The position numbers and the translations under genes are program-made. A stretch of DNA of 64,000 bases, taken from the NCBI GenBank assembly GCA_018699415.1, contig JABIQM010000086.1, forward strand, positions 2,449 through 66,448. The letters are read 5' to 3'. Position 1 is the stretch's first letter, and the number at the start of each line of letters is the position of its first letter. The notes under the pieces were generated by a model. That model made no database searches and had not been told where the DNA came from. It saw nothing but the letters and a program-made list of their open reading frames with translations. This document shows, in pieces, positions 63,573 through 64,000 of this stretch. This DNA comes from Acidimicrobiaceae bacterium. GTDB taxonomy: Bacteria > Actinomycetota > Acidimicrobiia > Acidimicrobiales > Aldehydirespiratoraceae.

Positions 63573-64000
63573 ATGGGACTCGTACCAGGACTCATTAAAG
63601 GCCTCGGCGTCACCGGTGGCACAATGCTTCGCACCATCTTCCCTGACGGGTTGAAGAAGCCGATCCCCAACCCTGTCAAGGGCGCGGAGACCGTGCAGTA
63701 CCCGCACGAAAAGGAAGCGCCTCCCGCACGCGCACGTGGCGTGATCGCCCTTCACGAGGAGAACTGCACTGCGTGCATGTTGTGCGCTCGTGAATGCCCC
63801 GATTGGTGTATCTACATCGAGGGCCACAAGGAAAAAGCACCGCCTCGTCGAGCCGGCGGCAAGCCACGCAAGGTCAACGCCATCGATCGATTCGACATCG
63901 ACTTTGCGCTTTGCATGTTCTGTGGCATTTGTGTCGATGTCTGCCCGTTCGATGCCCTTTTCTGGAGCCCTGAGTACGAATTCTCTGAGCCACGCATCGC
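63573..64000 (+). CDS. nuoI: NADH-quinone oxidoreductase subunit I, second copy; 3' end outside the window
   Basis: Not in the ORF track because it is open to the window end. Hand translation from the ATG at 63573 gives [27 protein letters not shown]...[30 protein letters not shown]...[27 protein letters not shown], which contains two 4Fe-4S motifs. Confidence 0.85.
   Translation, partial: MGLVPGLIKGLGVTGGTMLRTIFPDGLKKPIPNPVKGAETVQYPHEKEAPPARARGVIALHEENCTACMLCARECPDWCIYIEGHKEKAPPRRAGGKPRKVNAIDRFDIDFALCMFCGICVDVCPFDALFWSPEYEFSEPRI

Overview
GC-rich chromosomal window that looks like Actinomycetota. The evidence is a MshA-type mycothiol glycosyltransferase, a rex-hemACD arrangement, and the backbone order mshA / ybjN-like / proC / hemACDB-hemL. 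The lineage is atypical, because the cytochrome b is split like b6 rather than being the fused actinobacterial QcrB. I recognised no rRNA, tRNA, CRISPR array, integrase or transposase. There are three blocks. (1) 1-10.3 kb is an N-heterocycle (purine/hydantoin-type) catabolic island. It holds a nitrilase-superfamily D-carbamoylase-like gene (cut by the window edge and absent from the ORF track), an M20 carbamoylase/allantoate-amidohydrolase-like gene, a DUF77+HTH protein, an 8-oxoguanine-deaminase-like amidohydrolase, an alpha/beta hydrolase, a two-gene xanthine-dehydrogenase-family enzyme with fused FAD/[2Fe-2S] subunit, and a gamma-glutamyltransferase. A shared AT-rich near-palindrome sits in front of two of its operons. 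(2) 10.4-35.9 kb is housekeeping: ABC1 kinase, DUF45 metalloprotease, histidine phosphatase, MoaD-like protein, an RsiG-like protein carrying c-di-GMP-binding-type motifs, mshA, proC, a DUF62 SAM hydrolase, a CAP-domain secreted protein, acyl-CoA ligase, MFS transporter, rex with an upstream Rex-operator-like site, hemA-hemC-hemD-(HAD)-hemB-hemL, YceI, flavoprotein, PhzF, pgi and a P450. (3) 36-64 kb is a respiratory island. A monoheme cytochrome c lies on the minus strand. Facing away from it is one uninterrupted co-directional gene string of about 22 kb: small membrane protein, 2x[4Fe-4S] ferredoxin, cytochrome b6-like, subunit-IV-like, Rieske, diheme cytochrome c, 372-aa membrane protein, then a complete nuoA-N. 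A second nuo cluster (A-B-C-D-H-I...) follows, has no nuoEFG between D and H, and runs off the window end. The points most worth a second look are the ferredoxin-containing b6-type Rieske/cyt b module physically joined to nuo, a roughly 140-aa coiled-coil insertion in NuoL, the tandem 14-subunit plus EFG-less nuo clusters, the RsiG-like protein, and the candidate operators. All functional calls come from reading motifs in the translations by eye; no database search was run.
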